Source: Lama guanicoe (Eukaryota). Taken from it: DNA of 64,000 nucleotides. Position 1 is the stretch's first letter, and every line of letters begins with the position of its first letter. Positions 1 through 13,540 of this stretch are shown here, piece by piece. The notes under the pieces were generated by a model. The model saw only the letters and a list, made by a program, of their open reading frames with translations. It had not been told where the DNA came from and searched no databases. Location of the stretch: NCBI GenBank assembly GCA_013239625.1, contig MU053482.1, forward strand, positions 3,371,922-3,435,921. Direction: 5' to 3'. The position numbers and the translations under genes are program-made.

Positions 1-190
1 TGGGCTTCTGTTTCCAGCTCTCTGCTGCCCTCACCTGCCCTCTGGCCACTACATTTGCCCTTGTCGTGGCTTCTTGCAGTCAGAGGTCTCGAGAACATGG
101 CTTACTTCCACAGGTTCAGTATTCACGGATATCCTGAAACTCTGGGGAGTTCTCCAGAGCAGCTGGTTTGAAGCAGGTGCTGCAGTGAAC

Positions 191-205
191 AGAACAGGTT
201 GTTCT
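191..205. promoter_or_regulatory. Perfect steroid response element (GRE/ARE/PRE/MRE class)
   Basis: AGAACA GGT TGTTCT is an exact AGAACAnnnTGTTCT match; E-boxes CAGCTG (160-165) and CAGGTG (174-179) are adjacent. Confidence 0.6.
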
Positions 206-659
206 GGTTGCCTCTGAAGAAAGATAGGGCCAGAATAGACCCAGAGCATGACTCTGAGAAACACGAATCACATTTCTGCTAATAGGCACCTCTGAGAAGG
301 CCTGGAGTGGTCCGACAGGGCAACTCTGGGAGTTCCAGAGTGGAGAAGGGTCACATTTAGCCTGGACCTTTGTCCAACATGAATCTGGTGTCCTCAGAGC
401 CATCTGTGGCGCAAGAAGCATGACTTACACCTCAACACCCTCCGCCTGCTATGCTGCTTGCCTGTCCTTTCCTGCCACCTGAGACACTTTGTATGTTCAG
501 CCTTTCTGTTCAGCTGTCAGCTGTGAATGACATCAGATGGTGAGAACCCTCTGGCTCAGGCTGACACTTTCCTTGCCAAGCTCCCCTGATGCCGTTTAAG
601 GCCAAAGGTGTGGGAAGGCACTTTTGTAAGTATGTTGTTGGTCAGTATTTAATCTTACC

Positions 660-870
660 TAGTGGTTAAGAGTCAGGCAGATTTGAGTTTGAACCATGGT
701 TATGTCACGTACATACCTCAGACGAATAACCTGACCTCTCTGTGCCAATGTCCCTCATCTTTCCAAAAGGAAAACAATAGATAAACCTGTTAGGTTGTTG
801 TGAGATAATAATGCATATAAAGCATTTACCTAATGCCTGACCTAGTACATATTCTGTAGATGTTAGTTAA
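660..870 (+). mobile_element. MIR SINE
   Basis: TAGTGGTTAAGAG head, core CTCTCTGTGCC..TCCCTCATCT, GGTTGTTGTGAGA tail. Confidence 0.75.
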
Positions 871-2169
871 ATTCTTCATTATTTTGATTATTATCTCTCC
901 TGTGAAATTAAGTTAACTCCTTAGCTGACATTCAAGGCTCTCTACAATCAGTTTTCGAGTAGTCTTTGTAGCCTTATCTCCACTGCTGCATCACACATGT
1001 TCTATTATCAGCCAAATTTTCACCTCCTTGCTTTTATTCATGCTGTTCCCTTAAACTGACCTCTTTTCATCTCACCATCAGTTGCTGAGAAACTTCCCAG
1101 TTGGCAAGGCCTAAGTTAAATACCACCTAATCCATGAGGATTGCCTCATTCAGAGGTTGTCTGCCTCCTCCTGGAGTGTTACCATTGTAACTGTTTTTAA
1201 TCAAGAACCAGGAGATGAGTTTGGCCCCTGAGAGTGAAATTTAACGTCAAAGTTCATGTGACAAATGTCCTGAGTTTCCATGGATATGCCCCTCCTGGAG
1301 AGCCCATCTCTGAATTCCTCAGGCTTTAGAGGCACCGTTGGCTCCAGAACTTCCCCACTGGAGGGGCTGGAAGGCAATCTGGTGGAAGGGGAAGCAAAAG
1401 TCTTGTTTTGCATGGCAAACACACTGATTTCACTGTGATGTATTTATGCTCAGGGGAGGAGGCTAAAAGGTTAGGGTCAGGTCACGTTGGTCCTGCTGAT
1501 GGACCATGGACATTTCCTAAACTGTGAGTGAGGAAATGGAGTATTTAGATCTGGCCAATAAGGAAACCAGCTCTAACCTAAGCTGTTCTTGGAAGTGAGA
1601 ATGTGAATACAGGTGCAAGGAGGTCCAGTGGAGCCTGTCGAGAGACAAGCCAGAACTGTAGCCTCAGCAGGCAAACACCCCACTTCTCCAGGGACCTCTC
1701 AGGTCTGATGGGAGCTTGGCCTAGATTTTGGCCTACTGAGAATCATGGGCAGGAGGTCAGGCTAGGGCTAGAAGTGTGCTCACCTCTGGGAAGTGGGTTG
1801 GGGTCTGTCCCCAGGGATCCCAAGGGTCTGGCTATGCTTGGGAGCATGAAGTTGGGGGTGTGTGTGACCTGGTGTCTAGGTATCCTCCTCCTGAACCAAA
1901 GGGTTGGGTGAGGAGGTATGCAGTATAGGGCAAGGGTCAGGCCTGACGCAGGCCTGATGGAGAGGACTTGAGAGATGCTCCTTGAAACTGCTGTGTGAGG
2001 CAGAAAAGAATAAACTGAGCCCAGGATAGTGGAGTAAACTGCAGAAAGCCTTTCAAAGCACAGTTATGGAAAAGCATCATTTTACCATACTCCAGTCTAA
2101 TCCCCAGGACCCAGCCCTAGCCCCTTCCTTGCCTTTTGTTCCTCTCTTAGACTTTGAGGAATCATCAGT

Positions 2170-2480
2170 GCTATTTTCCAAATATTTCCAGTTCGCCTCT
2201 CTTCCAGACACCCTTGTGGTTGGCTGGAGTGAAAGTGGCCATTTGAAGCATATGGGTCATGAATGGAAGGGATATGCATCACTTCTGGACCAGAGCATCT
2301 TGTTGCCAATTCCAGACCCTCTGGAGCTCTCTTTCTGCTGATGGTTTGGGCAATGCTCAAGATGATGGCTGATCCATCAACCTGGGTTCCCAGGGAGGAG
2401 ATGTAGAGCAGAGCCCCCAGCCATGGACAGGTAGCATAAGAGGGAAATAAACCTGTGTAGTTCTAAACCACTAATTTCTA
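2170..2480 (+). mobile_element. MaLR LTR, MLT1I/J-like
   Basis: GATGATGGCT..ATCAACCTGGGT..GAGCAGAGCCCCCAGCC..GAAATAAACCT motifs. Confidence 0.6.
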
Positions 2481-2767
2481 ACAGTTCTTTTGCATGGAGG
2501 ATCGAGGTCCCTGTCCGTCCCCACGTTTTACTCTCCCACAGGATTGGAAGACCTGTTATTTTTTTATTTTACCCCCAAGACTCTATGCCCTCTGATTTAC
2601 TTCTATCCTTCTCTTTCTTTTCCTAGTTCTTACCCTTTGCATACATATCCCTGGGTCCCAGTGTTACCTTGCCATTGCTTGGCTCCATTTGTGGGGCTTC
2701 CACTTGGACCATGAAGAAATCCTCAGGCAAGATTGCAGAGACTGGAGTGGGAGAGAGCAGAGGGTGC

Positions 2768-3225
2768 ACGGTAGCAAGCTTCTAAGATGACCCTGGTAAC
2801 CCCACATCCTGGTATTCACACCCTTGTGCAGTTCCCTCCCACCTGGTACTGGTGTAGGTCTGTGAGATCAACAGAATATAGCAGAGGTGGTGGTATGTCA
2901 CTTCCCAGATTGGGTTATAAAAGATGGCAGTTTCTGTCTTGGTCACACTCTTTCATGATAATTCACTCTTGGGAAGGTCCTGTCATGAGATGCTATGGAG
3001 AGGTCCGTATGATGAGCCCTGTGAGTGAACTTGAAAGTGGGTGCTCCAGATCCAGTCAAGCCTCAGATGACTGCAGCCCTGGCTGACACCTTGATTGCAA
3101 CCTCAAGAAAGACCCTGAGCTAGAGCCACCTTGCCAAGCTGCTCCGAATTCCTGACTCCATAATACAGGTGCCTTAAGCTACTAAATTTGGAATAACTCA
3201 TCATGCAGCAATAAATAACTCACAC
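2768..3225 (+). mobile_element. MaLR LTR, MLT1F-like
   Basis: CCTGGTATTCACACCCTTGTG start; CCAGTCAAGCCTCAGATGACTGCAGCCC; GCAGCAATAAATAACT end. Confidence 0.8.
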
Positions 3226-4899
3226 AGCACAGGGGCTGGGGGATTGTTTAGAGGATGTCAAAGCTGAGTACAATAGTGGTGATAGATCTTGGCTTAGCCG
3301 AGGCTGTGTCCCTTACTTTGGGACAGATTTAGCTGCAGGTACCTTTATACATTGTTGCTGAGGGACTCCTCAGGACAGTGCTCAGCCCAGGCGAGGAGGG
3401 AGCGGGAAATGTGAACATCTTGGTGTCTATCCCTTAGAAATGTCTCTTGGCCCAGTCCCAAGAGACTCACTCAAGCCTGTCTTGTGATAAACACTGAAAC
3501 TATTTCACAAAGAATGTAAAACATTGGTGCACCAGCCACATTCCTTTAGGACACCTTTGCTGAGTATGACAGAGAGAGAGTGCTAGTGTGATTCTGTGAG
3601 GATTCCAGCATACCTGTAGAGCCCTGCAGAGTAATGGATACCCCAGAGGTAGGTGACACCTTCCACAGGAGTAAGGGTCTAAGTTGTTGAGGGGAGCAAT
3701 AAGCTGGTGAAATCAGAACAATTGCTGTTAGAGCATCTTCACTTGTGCTTATAGTCTTGCAAGGCTTGGGGAAATTTCAGGTCCAATAATAGTGACAGCA
3801 ACAAACACCGTTCTTCCACTTATTAAGCACTTCCTATGTCTGTCTGCAAAGTAAATAATTCATGCACATCATGTTTTTCAAGCTTTGAAATTATCTATAA
3901 TGTGGATATTATTTCCCATTCTACAGATGAAGAAACTGACATTGCATATTTTGCTTCCTCCAAAAGTCAAAGCAAGGGCCAAGTGAGCAGGCATATTCAA
4001 TCTTACAAGTACAGTTCTCTGGTCCCCCCATTTTTTTCACAGTTCAAGGTTCATTTGGTGTTTTAGTTGGTATGACACTTGGATCATCGGCTGCATTATT
4101 TATGTAGATTTTTTTTGCACTACATGACAATGTACACGATTCTGATGCATATAGTACATAAAATAAGATCCTTTAGAACAGTTATGCACAAGAGTTGCAA
4201 TACTGGATTTATACATTGGATCCCAGGATGTGATTAATTGGAGAAAAAAAAGTTGGACTAGGCATCTTGGCTGAAGGAACCAGAAGAGATATAACACACA
4301 GTAAACACACGTCTGGTTTGAAGGGCGACTGCAGCATCTGCGGTGCCTCTTGAGGAAATGGAACTATTTTGCACTAACCAGTTTGGGTCTACACAAGGTA
4401 AGGACCACCGAGCATCAAGATAGCTGCAGGGCTGTATGAACCATTCCTATTCCCAATTTTAGGAAATTGATATTTTTCCTAAGCTGTCTTGTCATTACTT
4501 CTTTAGTCACAGATCAGGTAAAAAGGACCATATACACAACCTCCAACTAAAACTCTGTTGTAGCCTAGACAGTGAACTGGTGTGATATCAGATGAGGACC
4601 CAACTCCAGTTGTATTCCCAGCACATGTAGATCTGGCCCCTTTGGAGAGACCAGGTCCCAGGAAGAGAGCCCATGTCACTGCCCAACCTACAGAGAACTG
4701 ACCTGCTTTTATCCACCGAGTTAACACAAGGTGCAGGTGACTTGTAATAGCCATGGGCAGACTGCATTCAAGGTGAGGTATGAAGCATCTGCCCTGCAGC
4801 TCTGCACGGGTCTGTGCAGGAGCAAGTGGGAGTCAAATCCCTAGCCCAGTCTGACTGCAACGAATGAGGACTCTGTCACTTCAAGACTGAGGTTTAGGC

Positions 4900-5091
4900 C
4901 TCTCTCTCTCCCTTGTTTTCGGAGTTGGCCCGCACTCTGTCTATGGAGTGTGTATCTAATTTTACTCTAACCTGAGCACCCAACGCCCACACCTTGTGGC
5001 CTTTCTCTCATTTTCTAAAACAGCCTACACTCTATGTAGTATGTTTCTCTTTAAATAAATCTATCTTTACACAAAACAAAACAAAACAAAA
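4900..5091 (+). mobile_element. Polyadenylated ERV1-type LTR fragment inserted by L1-type machinery
   Basis: 17-bp TSD AAGACTGAG(G/T)TTTAGGC (4883-4899, 5092-5108), AATAAA at 5054-5059 and a (CAAAA)n tail; body resembles an LTR R region. Confidence 0.7.
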
Positions 5092-7896
5092 AAGACTGAG
5101 TTTTAGGCAACTGTGAAAAGAGCAATGGGAACCACATTGTGAATGTGCTTAACTTTATTGAACTATACACCAAAAAAATGGTCAAGACAGTAAATTTTAT
5201 GTTAACTTTATCACAATTAAATTTTTTTAAAGGGAGATATGGGGAAATTATCAGTTAATAAGTGGATCTGATAGATGGAAGCGAATGTTCTGATGACGGT
5301 GGGTCTGTGTGGGATATGGATCAACAAGTTGAAGAAGGAGGTAAGCAGGTGATACACTGTTGGGTCATGGCAAAGAAGACCAGGTGAGACCGTCACAGAA
5401 ACTCTACCTGGAGCCGGTACTGGAGAGGAGGGATTGGAGCTAATCCTAAAGCCCCACTGTGGCCATGACACTGTAGTCAAACTTAGTCACAGTCACTGTG
5501 TAATAGATATACATAGTATCTATATTATATATTATATACAAATAATACAATATTTACACAAATTACACTATTACATAAAATTATGTGAGACTGTAATTTT
5601 GTATAACTGTTACATAATTGCAATTATTATGTAATAATGTAATATATAACATATAATATAAATTATGTTTTATATATAACATGTATATAAACATATATAG
5701 TTAGTAAACAGTAATGTATATTGATCACATAGGATGGGTTTGGGTCTTTCAAATGACCCTTTTTTGCCACCTTTACAAAGTCCTGGGCTGGAGAGGCCTT
5801 TCAGGTTTGTGCAGGAGCGAGGCCTGCATGGGTGGACCGACAGCACTGTAGTTATGGTCCAGGGCCAAATGGACGTCCTAGAAGAACTGCTCCTGTTCCT
5901 GTCTGTCTGGGCTACACGTTAGACCTGACCGGCAGCAGAGCAGAGGATGCTAGCAAGACAGAAGGAGACCATGTTCCTGATGATCTAGTGGGAGAATCCA
6001 GACTCTCTTCTGTTCCTGCAGGCTCCCTGGAGGTGGGATCCTGACCCTGCTGTCAGACAGAAGCCTTGTCACTGGTGAGGTAGGTGATGAATCTGGAAAT
6101 GGGTTTGGGAATCTCGGCTTCTTCTGAAAGATAAGAGGCTCTGGGTGCTGGGCGTGGGCATGTAGAAGGGGAGCTGTGGCCCCTGTTTTCTGCATACTGA
6201 GAAACAGAAGTCCTTTAGAGATTCAGGGCTTGACTAAGAGGGTGGAACTGGAGTATCATCTGATTCCCAGGCCCTCTGAGCGCTGTACTCTTTCCCTAGG
6301 CTCTGGGATGGTATTTAAGAGTGTCCCTTCAGCCTAGACAGATTTCCTACCCCCGCTCCCCCCCCCCAGGGAGGCCATTACTTTTGACCATGACCTACCT
6401 AGCACAGGACCTAAGAGGGGCCCCACATCCCCCCATTTCCCTCTTGGCTCAGTCCACAGCTATTTCTTACTCTAATTACACTCCCAATGTGGGCAGATGC
6501 CATGTCTTCTTCATCCTGGAAGTTCCTGTAGCTTCTCTTTCCCTCCCTCTCTTCATCTGCTTTGCATATAATATATAGTAGAGGATACCGGCGACCATTT
6601 AATAAAGACCTTTGTCCCCAGATGCTCCCCTAAGCAGTACTGTCTTCTCTGCCCTCCAGACCGATTGCCGTGGCTTTATGGCTTTACACCGTCAGCCAGA
6701 GTTCTTAAACTGCAGTTTATCATCGTTTGTAGGCTCCAGATTCTTGCTTGATTCCTCTCTCTGGAAATCTCCCAGATAAATCGCAGCCAGTCATATCTGT
6801 GTTACACCTCTCCCCAGAATAGCCAGCATGAGGGCGGAGTTGGAAGGGCCTTGGGAGGGTGTCCAAGAAGCCCTTGTATTACAGATAGAACAACAAAACC
6901 CCTGAGGGAAGAAGGGACTTGCCCAAGGTCATGATTTTGAATCAGGGCCAGAAGTCAGCTCCCCTTCCTCCTAGGGTCTCTGGGGCTCCAAAGGCTGGCC
7001 TGGTGGCCTCCTTCTTCATGCTGCTTAAGTTTTTGAAAGAGCCAGGCATTCTTTCAGGCATCAAGTCTGGAGAGGCAGATTGATGGCTCGGCCAGACCAA
7101 GCGTGATACTCCAGGGGAGGACGAGTGCTCAGGGCCTGAGGAAAAAGATCTGGCCCAAGGAAGTGGAGACAATAGCCAAGGGCCCTCTTGACATTCTCTC
7201 CATGCAATGACTTCTTCTGTCAAATAGTAGTTTGACAATGAACCCAATGAACAAACAGTGTCTTGCTGGAATTCACCCTGAACATGAACTTTGTAAAGTG
7301 TTCACAGCCATTGGAACTCCCCGCCTACTCCATCTGTCTTCTGGCAGGAAGACTGTTGTGTTTTTGTGGCCTCTCGGTAATGGTTTTCTCATCAGTGGAG
7401 GCTGATTCCTGCCTGAGTCCTGACCAAGGCTGCCGGCTGTGTGCCATGCTGAGTTCTGGAGAGAAGGAGGTGGTAACGCTATTTATGAAGCTGTTTTCCA
7501 GGCACTGCTCCCTTGATCCTCAGTGAAGCCCTGGGTGACAGGTAGGAAAGTCCTTATTAGATCCTTGTCAGTTTATAGGAGACACTATAGCCCAGAAAGG
7601 ATGAGTGATTAGCCCAAGGCCACGGAGCTACTGCGTTACTGAGATTCGGGAAAGTGTTCAAATTCCAGCTCTGCTCTTTACCCTGAAAAGCATTTGGATC
7701 TAGGGTCTCTTACTCATTAGTTGTGGAATCTTCAGCATTAGGTAGCCACTCTGCCTCAATTTCCTCACTTTTAAAATAAAGAATGTAGCATGTCCCTCAC
7801 TGGAATGTTGGGAGATTGAATGAACCAATATATTTAAAGTTCTTAATCCTGTGCTTGGCGGTCAGTACGTGCTGGGTAATGTTAGAGATTATTATT

Positions 7897-7946
7897 TTTT
7901 TCTTAACATTTTTTATTGATTTATAATCATTTTACAATGTTGTGAA
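7897..7946 (-). mobile_element. 50-bp young L1 3' terminus inserted at a MIR tail
   Basis: AACATTTTTTATTGATTTATAATCATTTTACAATGTTGTG with 13-bp TSD AGAGATTATTATT (7884-7896, 7947-7959). Confidence 0.8.
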
Positions 7947-10795
7947 AGAGATTATTATTATTATTAGATCTGGCTGTGCTCTGAGACAGGACAAATCTCT
8001 GAGCTCAGATGGGGATCCCACCAGGCAAAGTCATAGCGCTGCAAAAGCCTTAGAGGTAATCCAGTTTGACCATTCATTTAACTTTATTGTTATTTTAAAA
8101 ATCTGACATTTGAAGATAGTCATATATAACTACTCTTGTGATATGTAGTAATTAGACACACAAGGCCATTGGTTCACATAAATGGTTGAAATTATTACAT
8201 TGATATAGGGAAATAAAAAATTAATTTTTCTCCTTTTTTTTTTGGTGTGTGTAATAGAAATCTACCTCATCACAATTCTCCGTTACATGCACCATTTAAT
8301 CCTGCTGATAAGCACTGACAATGACTCACATTAACAGACAAAAATAGTAAAAAAAAAAATCAGTATTACTCATAATATTCGGGAAGTGGGGGGAGGGGAA
8401 ATGAGAGGAAGCATAAGGGTGTTAATTTCCTTACCTCTCATAGCAGGCAGTCAGCTGATACTGTGTAAAATTGAAGCATGTTTAAAAAAAACACATAGTG
8501 ATTTCAGTCTCTTAATATTTTTCTTAATATATTTTCTTAACCTTAGGGGTATCTTTGAGAAATAGTATCTCTTGTGGAGAATAAACAAAGGTAATAATTC
8601 CATTAGCTTTATTTCAGTATTTTATACCTTTTACTAAATAGCATGTGAAGGGTGATCCCTTTTTAACTATTTCTTTATATTCATCCATCCATCCACTCTC
8701 CCTTGCCTATTTTTCCTTTTCTCTGTATATATAAAGAGAGAAATACCTGCAATGGTATTTACTTGTGTTTGCCATGATTATTTTGATTATTTTGAGATGT
8801 TGGGATTTTGAAGAATTTTGAGTAACTTCTTTGTGCTTTTCAGTATTGTTTGAATGGTTATAATAAGTATGTATCTTTTTTATAAAAGTCAAGTATTATT
8901 TTTTTAAAAAGGGAACAATGCTTCTTGATTTCCCCCAATGTTTGGGGTTTCCTTGCTCCTACCACCCTCCCCTACTCAGAGGGTACCCATATACTCCAGA
9001 ACCAAAGCTTTCAGGCTCATCCAATTCCCACGGTGGTCCCACCTCAGGTCCCTGCTCCCAGAGCTCACATCAGTCATCCTTAGTGATGGATAACTTGAGT
9101 GGCAGAAACTCTTTGCAACTCTTGCATTTACATATGAGGAAACCAAGCCTAGAATGACTTGTTCAGTGCCAGCCAACCTGTCACACAATCAACTGACCCT
9201 TCCAAGGTAGTCAATATTTTCCTCCTAGCCCTACAAGTAAGGAAAGGTGGTAGGGCCTCAAGCCCTTATTCTTGGTGTGGAAAGTGGAGAAGAAAGGGGA
9301 ATATCAGCATGGTGGACAGGGAATGGGACCAGAACGTCTCTCTCTCTAGCAGCTGGTACTATTTTCCTATTAAGTTTGCTAGAATTAGCATCTGTAAGGA
9401 CTGCAAGACACCCCCCAGCCCCCGCCGGAGGCATCTACAAGCAGCCACTGCACTGAATCTTTAGAATCAGAGAAAAGAAGTTCTGGGCAGATGTTATGTC
9501 TGGATTTGAGTGGAGAAGATTCAGAAGGCTCTGCCAACCAATTATGGTCTTCCCTACTCCAACCAGGGGATATGATCTATGTGTCCTTACACTCTAATAG
9601 TTTTTTTTTAATGTTTCTTTGGGGATAGGGTGGTGGTAAGTGTGTAGTGGGGGCTTTTTCACAACTCTTGAGGAGGGCAGCCCCTGTCCAACTCCAGAAT
9701 CTTGTCAGCACCCGTCTGGTGGACAGCTCCACAGCTGCCACCAGATAATCTCCCAACTGAACTGGGCCACGGCAGCCACTGGTGTTCTATGAACTATGGC
9801 TTGTCTTTCTCTTATTATCTATTTCTTTCTTTCTTAAGACATTCACTTTGTTGTAGGGGAGGTTTGATTCAAGAGATTTTGTTCTTTAAGATACACAAAA
9901 CAATATATAAAAAGGAATATCAATTTGGTCTCAATAAAGGATTCCTTGGGCTAATTAGAAGAGCCTGAGTGATTGAGTCAGAAAAAGCACAGAGATGTGT
10001 GTGTAATAGCTCAGGAATCTTCTATAACAGGATTTTCAGATCCAAATCCACATCAAGGATACATCATCTTACAAAAATTGTTTTGGGCTACTTCCCAGTA
10101 CTAATGCAATATGGGAGAGGTTAGTTGGACACTGAAATCTTAGCATTTCAAGAATATTGTAATGTTTTAAGGCTAATGTTCAGAATACTTGAAATCCAGG
10201 ATGTTCCAGAAAATCCAGAATTATGCTTATCATGCTCATAACCAGTATTCTAGAATGACTCAGGTAGAAGAGAGAAGCATAACTGGGAATGGATGTCCTG
10301 GAGTTGCAAACACCCCGGGAACTAAGGGTGCACAGAGATTTTCCTGCTAAGAGTGAGCGGAAAGCTTTGAAAAATGTGATTTCATCTATTGCTTCACTTA
10401 ATAGAAGTGAAACACTGCCGCTGAAGCAGAACACACACTGAAGGTGTGTGGCAGGTTAAGTGCTGGGAAAAAGGCTGATTGGCTTCCAGTAGGTTCCTTA
10501 TAGGGCAGCCTTTACCTGGGGAAGTCACTTCAGCCCAGAGTCCAGTTCCCAGCCTGGCAGGCTTGGAAATGCAATTTTATCAATTCTGAGGGTGGCTCAG
10601 TCTTGCTTAGATTAAGGTTTCATTTACTTTCACCTACTTGCCAGGTGTTCATTGGCAATGAGGAGATAAAACTCCTTTGGAATGGGACATTTGCTCCTTC
10701 TAGTATCTCCTCTTTTCTGTAGAAAAACCATCGGGAAGCCAGGTCATAATCAGAAGGTTGCTTGGTGAGCTTGGACTCAGAATAAGGGGAGATAG

Positions 10796-11544
10796 TTTCT
10801 TAAAAAAATTTTTTTATTGAAGTGTAGTTGATTTACAATGTTAGTTTCAGGTGTATAACAGAGCATTTCAGTTATACAAGCATATGCATATATATATTTT
10901 TTCCTTTGCAGATTCTTTTCCATTATACGTTATTACAAGAAATTGAATATAGTTCCCTGTGCTGTATGGTAGGTCCTTGTTGTTTATCTATTTTATATAT
11001 AGTCATGTGTATCTTTTAATCCCTGACCCCTAATTTATCCCTCCCCACCCTTTCCTCTTTGGTAACCATAGTTTGTTTTCTATGTCCATGAGTCTGTTTT
11101 TGGATTGTAAATGGAATTTCTATCATTTTTTTTAGATTGCACATATAAGTGATATCATATGATATTTGTCTTTCTCTGTCTTATTTCACTCAATTTAAGA
11201 ATCTCTAGGTCTATCCATGTTACTGCAAATGGCATTATTTCATTCTTTTTATGGCTGAGTAGTATTCCATTGCATATATACACCACATCTTCTTTATCCA
11301 TTCATCTGTTAATGGACATTTAGGTTGTTTCCATGTCTTGGCTTTTGTAAATAGCGCTGCTGTGAACATTGGGGTGCATATGTCTTTCTGAGTTATAGTT
11401 TTCCCTGGATATATGCTGAGGAGTGAGATTGCTGGATCATAGGGTAATTCTACTTTCAGTTTTTTAAGGAATGTCCATATGGTTCCCCAGAGTGGCTGCA
11501 CCAACTTACATTCCCACCAACAGTGTAGGAGGGGTCCTTTTTCT
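10796..11544 (-). mobile_element. 5'-truncated L1 (ORF2 C-terminus + 3'UTR)
   Basis: ORF 11235-11504 reads as ORF2 C-terminus ([25 protein letters not shown]); TSD AGGGGAGATAG (10785-10795, 11545-11555). Confidence 0.92.
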
Positions 11545-11659
11545 AGGGGAGATAGGTGGGGTTTGATGGCACCAGGTTCTGAGCAGCCATTCTCCTCGTG
11601 TCTAGGATGGAGTGAGAGCTGACACGGAAGCTAGATAGGCTAAGGGTCAGGAAGCTGAC

Positions 11660-12150
11660 CTTTGTTTGGATCCCTCTTAAAGCAAACCCTGAAACAAGGA
11701 TTTGAGTGCAGGTAGTTTATTTGGGGGGTGAAGTCCCAGGAAACAGTGGTAGCAGAGTAGGGAAGTGGAAAGGAAGAAAGCTAATACAGGTGTGTTATCA
11801 ACTAAGTTACTATCATGGGCTACTGGAACTTAATCTCCCTGGGAATTCTGGGAGGCAGTGTACAGTGTGCATCTCAGTGTTAACCCACCTTACAGGCAAG
11901 AGATCTGGGCTCTTTATCCATTGACTCTCATAAGTCATTGATTGTGTGGTGTTCCTGACCATGGGGTGGAGTTGAGTAGTTAATTTACTGACATATCCAG
12001 CCTATTGTGAATGTGGACAGAATGAGCCTGTTGACCAGGGCAAGTCCTCAGGTCAAGAGACACAGGTGAGGCAGTTAGAAGATGGTCTGGCAGACACCAA
12101 AATTGATAGAGCTGAGGGGACATAAGCAGAGGCACAGGTAGCACATACCA
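11660..12150 (-). mobile_element. ERVL LTR, LTR33-like
   Basis: AAGCAAACCCTGAAACAAGGATTTGAGTGCAGGTAGTTTATTTGGG signature. Confidence 0.7.
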
Positions 12151-12539
12151 CACCCTTTCCACCCCCATGTTGTGGGAACTGTCTCTGTTTCCTTTCATGC
12201 TCATGCTTTCGACTGTACTTGTATCACTGACTAATACCCTTTCTGATTGATCCATTCTCTTTATTTTAAAAATAAGTTTTTAAAACCCATTCAGTTAGAT
12301 TTTGCCCTTTCTACTCCTGATCCCGGGAATTGCCTATGATTACAGTTTTTTTTACATGTTTCTAGTTTCATTTAGAAAGTGAGGATTTTAATAGTTCAAT
12401 TCTTAGAATTTTGGGAGTGCCTTGCTGATGACTGTATGTGCTGCTTCCAGGAAGTGGGGGTAGAGAAGAGGAAAAACACATCAGTAATCAGAACAGGAGG
12501 AACATTCAGAAACAGAGTATTTGATGTGTTCTGAACTTT

Positions 12540-13540
12540 TTTATGAAACCTGATCCCTGACTGTTGAGTTAATCTGGAAGAGAAAGGACACAAGCTTAGC
12601 CAAGAACATTTTGAAAAAGAACAATGGTAAAGAATTTGCCCTATCAAATAACAAAATATACTATAAAGCTACAGTGATTAAAACATTGTGGTTTTGGCAC
12701 AGGAATGGACAAATAATTTGATGAAGCAGGATAGAGTCCAGAAACAGAGTCATCTATTTGTGAGTTTAGCATAAAGGAAGGGGAATGGGGGTGGATTATA
12801 TAATAAGTTGTGTAATTAGATATCCATTTGGAAAAGAATTAACTTAGATTCCTATTCAACACATATACAAAAATAAAATTCAAATGTGGAAGTAAGGCTA
12901 AAGAACAAAACTAAAATATTTTAAAACAAAATATATAAGAGTATTTTTTAAAACCTTGGGGTGGGGGAGACCATACTAAGTAAGACAAAAATTTAGAAGC
13001 CTGGAAGAGGCTGGCAGATTTGACTATGTAATATTGAAAACTCTTGTGTGAGCTAAGGTACCATAAACAGGTTACTAACACAAAAGGAATTCTCTGGATC
13101 TCTGTCCAACCTTGATCTAGTTTTTGTCATTCTCTGTATGACTCTCCTCTTCTTGGTCCCTGCCCACTGTTCTGAGTCTCTGCTCTCCCTTTCTGAACCT
13201 CCTCTCTGTCTCTGATTCTTCCTCTTTGAGTTTTCTCCCATCTCGTCTCTGGGTTTGTCTCACAGTTCTTTTCCCTGAGAAAAACCAGCAGGTACCAAAC
13301 ACTGAAATCACACATAGTCTGAGAAGGCAGGAAGAAAAAAAAATGGTAGCGTGTGTGTGTGTGTGTGTGTGTGTTTGTGTGTGTTGAGGGAGGATTTGCA
13401 GTATATATAACAAAATATTGAGATTCATAAGGTATACATAGCAAACATAAGTCTATAAACAAGACATAAGTGCTATTAGGAAACTGGTCAGAGGAAATAC
13501 ACAGGCAATTGGAAGATGCTGACATGTAAGTGGTTTAGTG
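12540..13540 (+). mobile_element. Old L1 (L1M-type) ORF2 fragments, interrupted, containing a (GT)n repeat at 13351-13384
   Basis: CTATAAAGCTACAGTGATTAAAACATTGTGGTTTTGGCACAGGAATGGACAAATA and other decayed ORF2 motifs. Confidence 0.7.

Noticed and set aside
5500..5720. AT-rich quasi-palindromic tract as a structured RNA
   Set aside because: Low-complexity TA degeneration explains the self-complementarity.
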